DNA of 64,000 nt from Naegleria gruberi (lineage: Eukaryota): NCBI GenBank assembly GCA_000004985.1, contig GG738903.1; one strand, given 5' to 3'. Both the position numbers and the translations under genes were made by a program. The notes below the pieces were generated by a model. That model did not search any database and had not been told where the DNA came from. It saw nothing but the letters and a program-made list of their open reading frames with translations. Each line of letters starts with the position of its first letter. The first letter of the stretch is position 1. Of this stretch, positions 49,494-60,506 are shown one piece after another.

Positions 49494-50727
49494 TTATTCT
49501 GAACTTGAGGATGAGGCAGTAGATACTTGTATAACTTTGCACTTTTCAAAAACTCTTTTGAATGCCAAATAGTTGGATTGATCTTTTCCATCTTCCAAAA
49601 TAGCAAACACAATACTCTTAAAACTATTTGGAAATTCCTGAGTTATTACTTCATAAAACAATTTAGCCATATGATTTTCTGAAATAAATTGAATTCAATA
49701 AAACAAATAATTAAATAATTAACTTACCTGGATTCTTGTATGCTCCACATCCAAAAGCACTCAACACAATACTCAAATGTCCATTATTAAGAGCTGCATA
49801 AAGAATTCCTCTAATTTTCTGTCTTGTTCCTTCCTCAAACTTGCTCGTCATCATGAGTTGATTTGTCTTTTTATCTAAAAAGGTATTTGGTCTAATGAAA
49901 GCACTTGCTGCAATGATTGAAATTTCCAATGGTTGATCCAAATATTCGAAAGCACTTCCTTCTCCGTGTCTTAATAATTGAACATTGGGTGAGTAAATGA
50001 TATCATAATCAGAAAGTGGATAGAACTGATCTGGGCCAATAACTGAAACTATTTGTTGATCAGGGGAAGGTTTCTTACAATTTGGATTAAACTTTTTGAA
50101 AATATCATTTGGATCTAATAGAGAATAAATGTAATTTGTTGATCTGAAGAGAGCTTCTTCTTGACTTTTCTGTCCAGTTTCAAAACCTCCACCAGCTCTC
50201 TTCTTACTTGCCATATTTAGCACAACTGGATTCATTCCATTTTTGTGTAATTTGAAAATAGTTTCAACACAATCTTCCTTAATTACTTCAATGGTAGTAG
50301 CAAATTGTTGATTAGTAGAGGTGGAATTGAAGACAATCTTCTCAATTTCATTAAATTGATATAACTTATTCTTTGCCAATTGTTGCTCATAAATTTCTTT
50401 ATCCAAGTTTCTAATAGAAACTTTCTCCTTCTTTGAATTATAATAAAACCCTCTCTGTAATGACAACATTGTATCCTTCATGACATAAATCCTCATTCCC
50501 TTCAATGCATCTGGATTATTCTCATTCAAATATCGTTGATGCCACTTTCTAAAAACAACCGAATTAAAAACTGGTGATTGTAACAATAATTTATCCGCAT
50601 TTTCTTGAATTTGATTATAGCTCTGATCAAGAGGATCCGATAAATCAATAGATTGTTGCTGATTTCCCTTTGGATTATTTGCTGATTTATCATCCGATGA
50701 TTTTCCTGGTTTCTTGTTTTTTACCAT
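49494..50727 (-). CDS. bacterial-type poly(ADP-ribose) glycohydrolase-like macrodomain protein (DUF2263/TIGR02452 family; two exons)
   Basis: CDS = complement(join(49494..49678,49728..50727)), with a 49-nt intron (GTAAGTT…TTTCAG). The signature VLNMASKKRAGGGFETGQKSQEEALFRS (GGG-x7-QEE) and the C-terminal SAFGCGAYKNP|ENHMAKLFYEV are characteristic of microbial-type PARG. The track's upstream extension to 50937 runs through poly-T promoter-like sequence, so I start at MVKNKKPGKSS. Confidence 0.65.
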
Positions 50728-50991
50728 TTTTTTTTTATTTTTTTTTAAAGTTTTAATTTTTTCAAATTGGAAATTGAAATTTAGCCAAGTTTTAATTTTC
50801 AAATTCAAATTTAACTTCAAGGCAACTTCCTGGAGTAAAATCCAAATTTCACAGGAAAGAATAAACCCTATTATATTCATATTGCCATTTCGAATAATAT
50901 TAACTCCTAACATTTTACAATAAATTAATATGACCAATAATACGATAGAATCAAGTAGATCAATAATCTATTTAAACGAAAGTGAAATAAT

Positions 50992-53900
50992 TTATTCTCT
51001 CCTATATTTAATCAAATATTCAGGATAGCATTGATATCTATCATAGACAATAAATTCTCTATATGAAGAATTAGAACTATTCGATTGACCAATCACTGAA
51101 TCATACACTCTTCTGTTGGATCCATTAATCTCTGGTGGTCTTCTCTGATTTGTCATTCCCATAGGTGTATAATAGATCTGTCTTCCCAACACAACCCTAC
51201 ACAAAAACATGTAATACTCGCCATTAGTATCTGGAGTAGAATATTGATCTGATTTGGAACAATATTCAGCAAAGTATACTCCAGCTCCAAAGAGACCAGC
51301 TAAACTGGCAACTCTTTCATCAAATCCGTGCTCTGAAATGGTATTCACATATTCATGTTTGGTACCATGCCACAAATACTTTTCATTCATTGATGTGTTC
51401 AATCCAGTTGACTTGAGCCATTCAAAAGCAGGAGATTTCAATGTTGTGAAATTTTCAGTTTGGACTTGAATGGGATTGAGTGGATCTTGATAAGAAGAAA
51501 TGTGATTTTCTCGTATCTTGTAGGCACTGTAAAGGGAAGGATTTTCAATTCTGTAAACACTTGATATGACTAGTTTCGAATATTTCATTTTGTAGAGTTG
51601 ATCTCTTCCTGATCCAAGTGTTTTCGAGTTAGAAGAAACATTCATTATTTCTTGTATAATATCTTTCAATTGACTTGTTACATCAACAGTGTTGTATCTG
51701 TCTGCAAATCTATTAAAACTATTTCGTTTCCAATAACGAGGCAACCCAATATTCAATTGTTTCGACTTGTTTTCAATCATTTCCTTCTCCATCTTTTCAA
51801 GTTTCTTTTCCTTTCTCTTCAACCTTTCCACTTGTTTTGATAATTCCTCTCTTTCCTTTGAACTTTCTCTTGATAATTGTTTCTTCTTCTGTTCTAGTTC
51901 TTTAATTTTCTGCTCGAGCTCAGCATGTTCATTTGTCATGTTAAGTTTCAAATTATTCAATTGTTGCTCATATTCTTTCAATTGTTTTGACTGGTTTTCA
52001 ATGAATTTAACTTGATCTTGAAGTTTCCTTTCGTTCAATGGTTCAAATAAATCATTTTCTTCAATTTCATCAAAACTTGGATCTGAAAGCAGGTCTATTT
52101 TAAATCCTAATCCTTCAAGTTGAATGAATTTAGTTTTGAGCTCTCTCAATTGTTCGTAAATATTCCTCCATTCTTCTTGATATTTAGGAACCTGACTCTC
52201 CTTCTTTCTTAGTTTGTTTTCAAACTTTAAGATTTCCATTTCTGGCATATTTCCCTTCTTGGCGATTTCTAATGCACTTTTGATTCCTTCAATATCTAAG
52301 GTATTCATTTTACTTCTCAATGTTGTCTTTCTAATAAGTAAATTGGTCAATTGAGAGCTCAACTGAGGATAATTATTCATAACTTCAACTTGGCTTTGCA
52401 ACTCTTCAAACTTTTCAATGATAAATGGTATTCTATCTTGAATGAACATTTCACATGTAGAATATTGAATATAATAATCATGAAATAAATGAAAAATTGT
52501 AATCTGAATTTCTTTTGGAATTAAATTTTTAAAATTTGCAGAAATGTCATCCAAGTACTTTCTTTCCTGTTCTAAATTTTCCATAGCATTACCCAAGCTG
52601 GATGATAATTCAGTATTACTAATTCCAACAGAGGAAATTAAAGAAAAAGTAATGTTTTGTAATTGTTTTGTAACGAGCTCCAATCCTATTTTTGAATTTC
52701 GTTCAAAATTCGTTCCTGATACTATTTTACCCAAAGCATTTCCAATATAGTTTGGAATTTCTTCCGTATTTTTTACATAAACAGCTTCATTATTTTGTGA
52801 ATAAATTTCGTTTAAATAGTTTCCAATAAATTCTTTCAATTTTTCTAATTTTTCTTCCAATAATTGCATGTAACTATTGAGATTTATCAAGTAACTATCC
52901 AAATTAATTGCTTCTACCACCGATCCAATATAATATAGTAAACTATTAACATGCTCAATGTGTTCTCTAATTCCAATATCCAAAACTAAATTTGGTAAAT
53001 TTTCATTAATAAAATTGTGACATGTTGATATTTGTCCCTTCATAATAAAATATCCCTCTTGAATAGATTGATGAATGAATAGCTCTTTAGATTGAAAAAT
53101 TACTTTTTCAATCGTTTCTGATAATAGAGTTCTTTGTTTGGAAACTCTTTCATTTAAGGAACATAATTCCATAAATGATTGATTAGTAATTTCATGTTGT
53201 TGTTTTCTTTCTTTTCTTATTTTTTCATTTTCTAAACTTAAACTCTCGATCTTTCTTTCTTCTTTAATTATTCTTCTTTCTTCAGGAAGAATAACACCAT
53301 AATGAATAGCTTTCGAATAGTTTCTATTATTGGAAGTAGAAACTCTATTGCTCTTTTGAGTATTTTGAATTTCAATCTGATTATTCTTCATATCTTCCAT
53401 AATTTTACCAATAGGCTCTCCATTTACTTTCAAACGATAATCAATTTCTAAATCTTCCACTTTTAGTAATAACTTTACAATTTCCAGCTGATTTTTCTGG
53501 CAAGCAGAATGGAGGGGTGTCTAATTGACTTGATTTAATAAGAATTTACAATGAAAACTTACAAAAACAAGGTTCGGATCAGTTCCTGGCTACCATAATC
53601 CTCCAATTAATCCACAATTTTTTTTATCAAAACTTACCATCTATTAAACTATTTAATAATTTACAACATCAATATTAAACACTTACAAACTATTACAAAA
53701 TACTCAACAACCACAACACACCAACAAATCAACTTACGCCAATATTAACATTAATCCCATCACACTCCAATAACAATTTTACAATTTCAACATGTCCATT
53801 CCGACACGCAACAGATAACAAAGTTCTGTTATTTAAAATATCGTCCGAATATTTGTTAACTTGTTGAGGATTGAAGAAAGTTTTAAAATCAGAAACGTTG

Positions 53901-54013
53901 CCAATTTCTGCTGCTTTGAACGCTTTTTTGAAATCGTATCTGGACATTTTTTTCTTGTGGGAATTGTGATGGGAATTGTGAAAATGATGATTGACATTTC
54001 GAATAACTGACAA
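50992..54013 (-). CDS. poly(ADP-ribose) polymerase (PARP catalytic domain) with N-terminal ankyrin repeat(s) and a long coiled-coil
   Basis: Main exon 50992..53520. The C-terminal PARP fold has LWHGTKHEYVNTISEHGF (H-G-T), GAGVYFAEYCSKSDQY and YDSVIG…EFIVYDRYQCYPEYLIKY, resembling tankyrase-type catalytic domains. The reading frame continues upstream of the first Met into an ankyrin repeat (TPLHSACQKNQLEIVKLLLKVEDLEIDYRL). The upstream exon 53738..54013 (…LLSVACRNGHVEIVKLLLECDGINVNIG, then GTAAGT) joins in frame (phase 0) through a composite 216-nt intron, 53522..53737. That exact junction is inference. Confidence 0.6.
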
Positions 54014-54371
54014 GAAATCAAGTCAAAGGAACGAAATGTTTTGATTGTAGTTTATTAATCTAAAACCTATTCGGAACGAGTGTGGAGGATTGAGAAATGA
54101 TAAGGAATATTGGCATTAGATAAATGATATTTTACAAAACCTTAAGTTTGTTCCCTATTATCCTAAACTGTATTACAGCATTGATTATGTTGGAATTGGT
54201 GGCGATATCTGGACATCAATTCTGGTTTGTCACTTGTTTCCATCACCATAATAAGCACATTATGGTTTGCTAAATGTCTCTTGATGTGGTTTCGTATTTG
54301 CAAAAAACGAAATTTACAATGGACACAAGATAGGTTATTGGAAATATGAGTTTTTAGCCGACAATTAAGAG

Positions 54372-56551
54372 GTGTTGATGCCCATTAAACACTTCTTTAC
54401 ATTAAAGAGATTAGAAAGCATCTTAAAGATCCTTATTAAAAAAAATATGAAGACCAAAGTTGCACCTAATATCAAATACGAAACTGAAAGTGTTTCTAGT
54501 TCTTCGGCTGATGGTATCGATGAATTGAAAACTACCTTTTTCTCTTCCATTAAATTTCTGCTCATAATTTTAATTTCCTTATTAATTTTGATTAGTGTCG
54601 TTTTGCTGTCAGTTATTTGGATCAGCAGTTTTAGTTCAGCAGTTGGTGAGATGAGCAGCAAAGTGAGAAGACAAGAATTTGAAAAGATTGTTTCATTCAC
54701 TCAAAGGATTTTAAATGATGTCATGTTAGTGACAGAATCTGTCAAATCTCAATTATATTCTGATTTTGATTTTGACACCATGATTGAAAAGCACATGTTT
54801 AAAGCCATGAGAGTAGCTCAGAAATATCTACCAAGTGTTACCCAGGGAGTCAATATAGGTGATCCATTTGGAGCCTTTTATGGACTAGCTCACTTTGGGG
54901 ATGAAATTACTTTTTATAATATCACTCCAGGAAAAGATCAGTACTATTACAATTGTCGAAACTTTTACACTAGTGACTATTGTAATAGATCTTCTGAACC
55001 TGATATTGTCTATCCTCCATTCACTTCCAATTTTGTGGCAGAATCTGCTTCAGTCAACCCTGGCAATCCGGTGTTTACAGTTTCGTATGTGGATCCAACC
55101 TTACCGAATTTTGTCTTCCTTACAGCAGTCTCATCTTTCAAACAGGGAAATATCAAGTCAGGTGCCAGTTTTTCATACTTTTTTGGTTATGACATGACCG
55201 TGGCTTCAATTTCTGAATTTTTAGTTGAAATTACAAAAGAAGTGAGTGGCTCATCTTCGTTTATTATAGAAAAGAAGACAGATTTCATTATTGCAAGTGA
55301 CCATCCAGAGGTTGCGGTTGCCACAGTCGATTCTCAAGGAAACGTTCAAAGAAAAACAGCAAACGATTTTGGAGGTGATGTTACCAAAATTGGTAATATT
55401 GTTTATGGAGCTTTTAAATCATTTGATGAATTAACTTGCAATACTGAAAGTGTACTATCAGATGTTAGTAATGTCATTTCGGTTTATAGACTTTGTACTG
55501 AGGAGGGATTGGAATGGGTTCTTGTGTTTAGTGTTCCTCACTGGAATTATATTGGATCGATGGTTATTGCGATAATTTGTGCCATTTTGGGATCAATTCT
55601 GATCGTTTCTATTGGTATGGTAANNNNNNNNNNNNNNNNNNNNNNNNNNNNNNNNNNNNNNNNNNNNNNNNNNNNNNNNNNNNNNNNNNNNNNNNNNNNN
55701 NNNNNNNNNNNNNNNAAATGAATCCAACGATACAGTTACACTCTTGACTGACATTTTTGAAATCATTGGACAAGCAGCCAAAACAAGTTGTGGACAAATT
55801 GGAAAGTTTGAAAATGAAATGGTGACTATTCATTTCAATGCCACAAATGATCAAAATCAACATGAAATGAAAGGTCTACAATTATGTCATGTCCTCCTAT
55901 CCAAGTTAAATGGATACAAGGAAAGAAAATTAAGGAAACATCAATTATTGGAAAAGTATAAGGAATCCTCTCTCATAGAACGATTCAACTTTAGAATAGT
56001 TGCCAATAGTCAATATAATTTGTGTGGAAATTTGGGAACGAAACAAGTGATGACATTTTCAATTCTTGGAAGTACACCTTTCAATTTACAATCAATGATT
56101 GAAACTGCTAAGGAATTGGATGTTCCAATATTAATTTCAGATGATTTGAATGAAAAGGTTGATAATTTATTCCAAACTAGATATGTGGATACGAAAGAAA
56201 TGGTCATTGATCAGTATTACACCTCCCCTGTATCTGATTCGAATTTGTTTAGTATGAGAAGAGTTTATGAATTGGGAGAATCTTCTCAAATTGCGCAAGA
56301 TGAATGGATGTAAGTTATCATGGTTCTTTACTAATTAATTTTCAAATAATTTATTCGAAAGGTATGAGTTGGAAGCTAAGGAAAAGAAGAATCGTTGGAA
56401 CAAGTACAATAATGCATGTGCAATGGTCTTTGAGAATAAATATGGTGACGCTGCAAACATGTTGCGGGATTACATTACAGAACTTTCGAATGCAAAACAA
56501 GATTTGGTAGCTATAAGGTTACTTGAAAATTGTGAAAGACTATGCCAGTAA
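54372..56551 (+). CDS. receptor-type class III nucleotidyl cyclase-like protein (TM–extracellular domain–TM–divergent cyclase homology domain), interrupted by an assembly gap
   Basis: ORF 54372..55623 has two TM helices flanking an extracellular domain of about 320 aa and runs into the 92-N gap. After the gap the same strand reads …TVTLLTDIFEIIGQAAK… (compare cyclase F.DIVGFT) and …RIVANSQYNLCGNLGTKQVMTFSILGSTPFNLQSMIETAKELDVPILISDDL (compare RIGIHSGPVVAGVIG…GDTVNTASRMES…I.VS). The second metal-binding Asp motif (ETIGDAY) is not conserved. A 52-nt intron 56310..56361 joins the C-terminal exon 56362..56551. Frame continuity across the gap is unknown. Confidence 0.5.
55624..55715. other. assembly gap (92 N) inside the cyclase-like gene
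   Basis: Run of N read directly. Confidence 0.95.
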
Positions 56552-58137
56552 TAAATGTTTACATTATTGGAAACCCACTAGTTGCCCTTCATTTCCTTTT
56601 ATGTGAAAATCATTTTTGTCCAAATACATAATAAGGTAAGTAAAATTGGTTTCTGATGATTTATTATTGATGAAGATGGGTTGTGTTGTGTTGTGCATTT
56701 GTTAATTGTACTCTCGTTCTCCTCACCTTCAGCTTTTCTAACGATTGTTCTGTCAATTCGGAAGCTCTCTTTCTATCAGTGTACAGTAATGCTCTTGCTA
56801 ATTCTAATTTCATATTACAAATAGCATAGAGTCTATTGGCTGATCTATTGGAAACTCGATATTTGATAATGCTAGTTTTTACTACCCGTGATGAAAAGTA
56901 GAGTCTGTGAGAAGTTGAAGGAGCCATTTCGAAATGGTCGTTTGTTATTGTGTTATGTAAACGTGTTGTGTTTTTTTTCTTTTGTGAAAAGCCATTCTCA
57001 TTCGTGTTGGGGCATTGTCTTTCACTTTCCAATAATTATTAATTGGATGAATGCTGCCTAAACCCATGTTTAACAACCCAATTTGTACAATTGGAGTATG
57101 CACCAAAACAGTTACTAATTTCATGGCATGAAGAAGTTGAGAGGTCCGAATATCATAATAATAAAAATAAGATCAATAAGGTACAGAGTGCACATAGTTC
57201 TACAACGAAGCGTCTGGTTATTAGTGCGTGCCATTGATTACTTGGTGTTAAAATGGTGTTAGCCTTCAGGATTAGAAGAAACCTTTCGAATAGAATTTCC
57301 AACCAACACGGAACAAACTGTCATCCTTCAAATCCGTAATGCAATAACCCACTTGCCAAAGGATTCGAATGTCTAACAATGTTGATTAATTTCACAAAAA
57401 AGAGAGCCACTGTCCCTTCTTGACACAAAGGAGAAACTCCCATTGAGTACATTATTAATTAGTCAAGAAATATATTTCAACTATCGTGAATATTTTGCAA
57501 TATTACTAGAATGGATCATTAAAATTATGGACATGAATTTCATGAAAATTAATTTCATTATTATAGCCATTGAGCCCTCGGTTGCAAGTCAATCAAATAG
57601 ATGCATTATGTTGATAAGTGTATGATTCATCAATTTAATATTTTCATCATGACGAATACATTTTGAAAGTGAATATGAAGATGTTATGCATGTTGAAATA
57701 TTAAATGGATGTTGTATGATGCATGCATCAGAATATTCAAAGCCTTTACATCTAGTACACATCTACATCTTGATAATAGATGTAGTCTTCTTTCCTCATG
57801 TAATTTACTCCTTTAAATTCCAAATTTTGTTATTACATATTATTCAAACCTTCCAAACGAACATACAACAAATTCACCAAATTTATTCTTTGGAAAGAAT
57901 TGTTGACTGCATCACGTGTTATTTTTTTTTTGGTTGTTTTTTGGAAATTTTGTAAACCGTTGTAGTTTTGGAATGGGTTTTTTGACAGGTTCAACAAAAG
58001 ACCATCGATTTCATTGACCACATTTTCAATAAATTAAGAATTGCAATTAAATACAATGTAATACTGAAAATTTGGTGCTTAAGGAAGCAACGCCAGAAGT
58101 TACTGTTACGAAAAACCAAAAAACAAATTTAAAAAAA

Positions 58138-58466
58138 ATGTCCAATCACCAAAGAGCTCTTCTTGCCCCAGAGAATCAACACATGATGATGGACGAGCAT
58201 CCATCTTTTATTCTCTCCACCAATTATCAATACAATGAAGATGATAAATCCATGACTGTTGCCGATTTTCTCCGTAAACAAGTTGCTTTAAAGGTAAATT
58301 ATCATCCTATTAATACTTCAACAATTAATCCCAATTCAAACAACAATTTACACAGAATGATGAAATGAAATTATTATCAGAACGTATGATACAACAACTT
58401 GTTGCCAATGGAATCAAACATCGAGAAGAGATCAAACAAGCCTTCAGAAACCAACAAAAACAATAA
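58138..58466 (+). CDS. hypothetical small protein (89 aa, two exons)
   Basis: CDS = join(58138..58293,58356..58466), with a 62-nt intron GTAAAT…CACAG in phase 0. The product is MSNHQRALLAPENQ…FLRKQVALK|NDEMKLLSERMIQQLVANGIKHREEIKQAF…. No family recognised. Confidence 0.35.
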
Positions 58467-58623
58467 TTCTTCTTTGATGATGTTCAATGTCGAATTGGAC
58501 TCTGATGAAGAATTGTTGCGATTTGTCCATTCAAAAAAATGGAGCAATTAAACGGTTTGCCTGTTCTATCGCCATCAGTATTGACAACATCTCCACATTC
58601 TGGAGAATTGGGTGTCAGCAACA

Positions 58624-60435
58624 ATGAATACTACAGGTAAATCATCATCGGACGAATGTCATCCCATTGCATGTATTCGATGTAGAAAGTTGCATAAAAA
58701 GGTTTGTCTCAAATTTAGTGAAGGTTTTTTACCCTTTCTTGTTGTTTAGTGTGATAAAAAGCTAGCTGGTTGTTCCAAATGTGCATCAGCAGGTGTTGAA
58801 TGTATTGTAGGTTGATGATTATTATCTTCTAACTTATCTTCCATAGTATAATTCTCCTCAGAAGAGAGGCAAAGGCTCGGAAATTTATGCCAAAACACCT
58901 AAAGATAAATCAGACAAAGATATTAACACCCAGAAACCAAGTAAGAAGAAGAAGAAAACTGCTGATAGTGTAATAATAATAGTAGTATTAGTAATGTGGA
59001 AGTTGTGAACAATTCAACGACAAACGAAACAAATAATCATAGTACGAACTCTACTCCGACTAGTAGTGCATCAACAGCGACAGTAACAACAACATCACCA
59101 CCATCTTTATTGTCACCTAATCATTTAGTAGAATTGTATTATACTTTCGTTTGTGGAATTCATCCAATGATAGAAAAGGATAAATTTAAATATTTTGTAA
59201 ATAATTGCCTTCCACAGTTTGAGAGAAGAGCAGAGTTGCATTTGGATCCAAATATTTGGATAAAATCTGTTGAGGAAATGAGATGCCTTTATGCATTATA
59301 TTTGGCAATAATGACAATGGGATCTCACCTAGTTGCTGATTTGAATTCAGTTGATTTTTATGCAAGAAAGGCTGAGCTGGAGATTGCCCTTCTTTCTCTC
59401 GATCATTCCACTGAGTTTTATTGGGCTGCTGCATGTCACTATATTTACTTGCACTATGTATCAGATGGGGACAATTACAAAGCAGGGTATTATTTGGCTA
59501 AAGTGAATTATTATTTCAATAGTCAAAAGGAAAAACCTAGTCCTAACAAATATTTTCATTTGTTAGAGTTCCACTCTTCAGTTGTTGCAAGTAGATTTAA
59601 TGAAGAGGCAAACACGTTTCAAAGTTTAATGAAGGGAATGAGTAGCATGTTTTATCATTATTCCAATCGAAAGATAGAGGATACACTATTGCCTGGGACT
59701 TGGGAGTATTGTATGAATACGAAACTATGCCAACAAAACTATATTCTATTCAAGCAAGTTTCAGAGTTTATTTTCAAAAATTTGGCTCATTTCAAGCTTC
59801 ATACTATGAAAACATTAACAGATTGTCATAGTGAGGGATTTTTTAAGTCTCAACGACTGCTCGCTTTATTTGTTGCTGAGGGATATACTATTTTATTTAT
59901 GAAACAAATACCAGAGATTAGTTATTCTGTACTTGAAGAAGCATGTCTGAAAGTCACATTGTTGACTGAAAATGAGGTTTTCCCATTCGTTTTACTTGCA
60001 GCTATCTATATTATTGTTGAGGCAGCTCAATTTCATCTGGAGGCTTGCAAACAAATTGAAAGAGGACTTAAACCTAGGAAGGCCACTGTTTTTACATCAG
60101 CAGGAAAGGTCATTACATTTGATTATTTTTCAATATTGGAAAAGGATCTGCGAGCACTTCACGTTTTGGGTCAACGTTACAGGAGAGTTAGCGCTTCACA
60201 TAGTGATCTAATGTTGGAAATATCTCAAATATTGGAAAGGAATAATAATGTAGACATGTCTCCTCCAGTTTTCTCTTCTTCAAAATTCACACCACCTCTT
60301 CAATCCATTCCACAACAGGATGAAGTTCTTGCAAGACAATTAGAAGAACAACACAATGTTAGCAAATCAGAAGATACAGAATCTTTCCTTTCCGATCAAT
60401 CTCTAGGCCCTTGGGAAGAATTATTCAAAGATTGA
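58624..60435 (+). CDS. Zn(II)2Cys6 binuclear-cluster (Gal4-like) transcription-factor-like protein; the DNA-binding domain is split by two introns, and the link to the long C-terminal ORF is unresolved
   Basis: Proposed exons 58624..58701 (MNTTGKSSSDECHPIACIRCRKLHKK), 58750..58806 (CDKKLAGCSKCASAGVECI) and 58847.. (YNSPQKRGKGSEIYAKTPKDKSDKDINTQKPSKKKKK…), with introns of 48 nt (GTTTGT…TTTAG) and 40 nt (GTAGGT…CATAG). Together these give the six-cysteine pattern C-x2-C-x6-C-x6-C-x2-C-x6-C followed by a basic linker. The 479-aa ORF 58996..60435 is in a different frame. A short intron or an indel in the AAG/A-rich stretch around 58940..58990 is needed to connect the two parts. Confidence 0.45.
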
Positions 60436-60506
60436 AACCTCATCAAATAAATAATTCACACACACGATGATCATCTTCCATCATGAAATGGATTGCATTG
60501 AATTAA

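Noticed and set aside
49711-50937. 5' extension of the PARG ORF to 50937 (MVILIYCKMLGV…)
   Set aside because: The extension runs through a poly-T/A-rich promoter-like tract. The conserved protein starts at MVKNKKPGKSS (50727).
53522-53737. The 3-nt (TTT, ATG) and 28-nt pieces between stacked intron units read as micro-exons of the PARP gene
   Set aside because: Their combined lengths (34, 31 or 28 nt) break the reading frame into the main PARP exon. Single-intron removal is the only in-frame solution, so they are kept only as a curiosity.
56664-57032. 122-aa minus-strand ORF (MESERQCPNTNENG…)
   Set aside because: There is no recognisable motif, and the AT-rich flanks contain homopolymers. 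A coding role is possible but I cannot support it from sequence.
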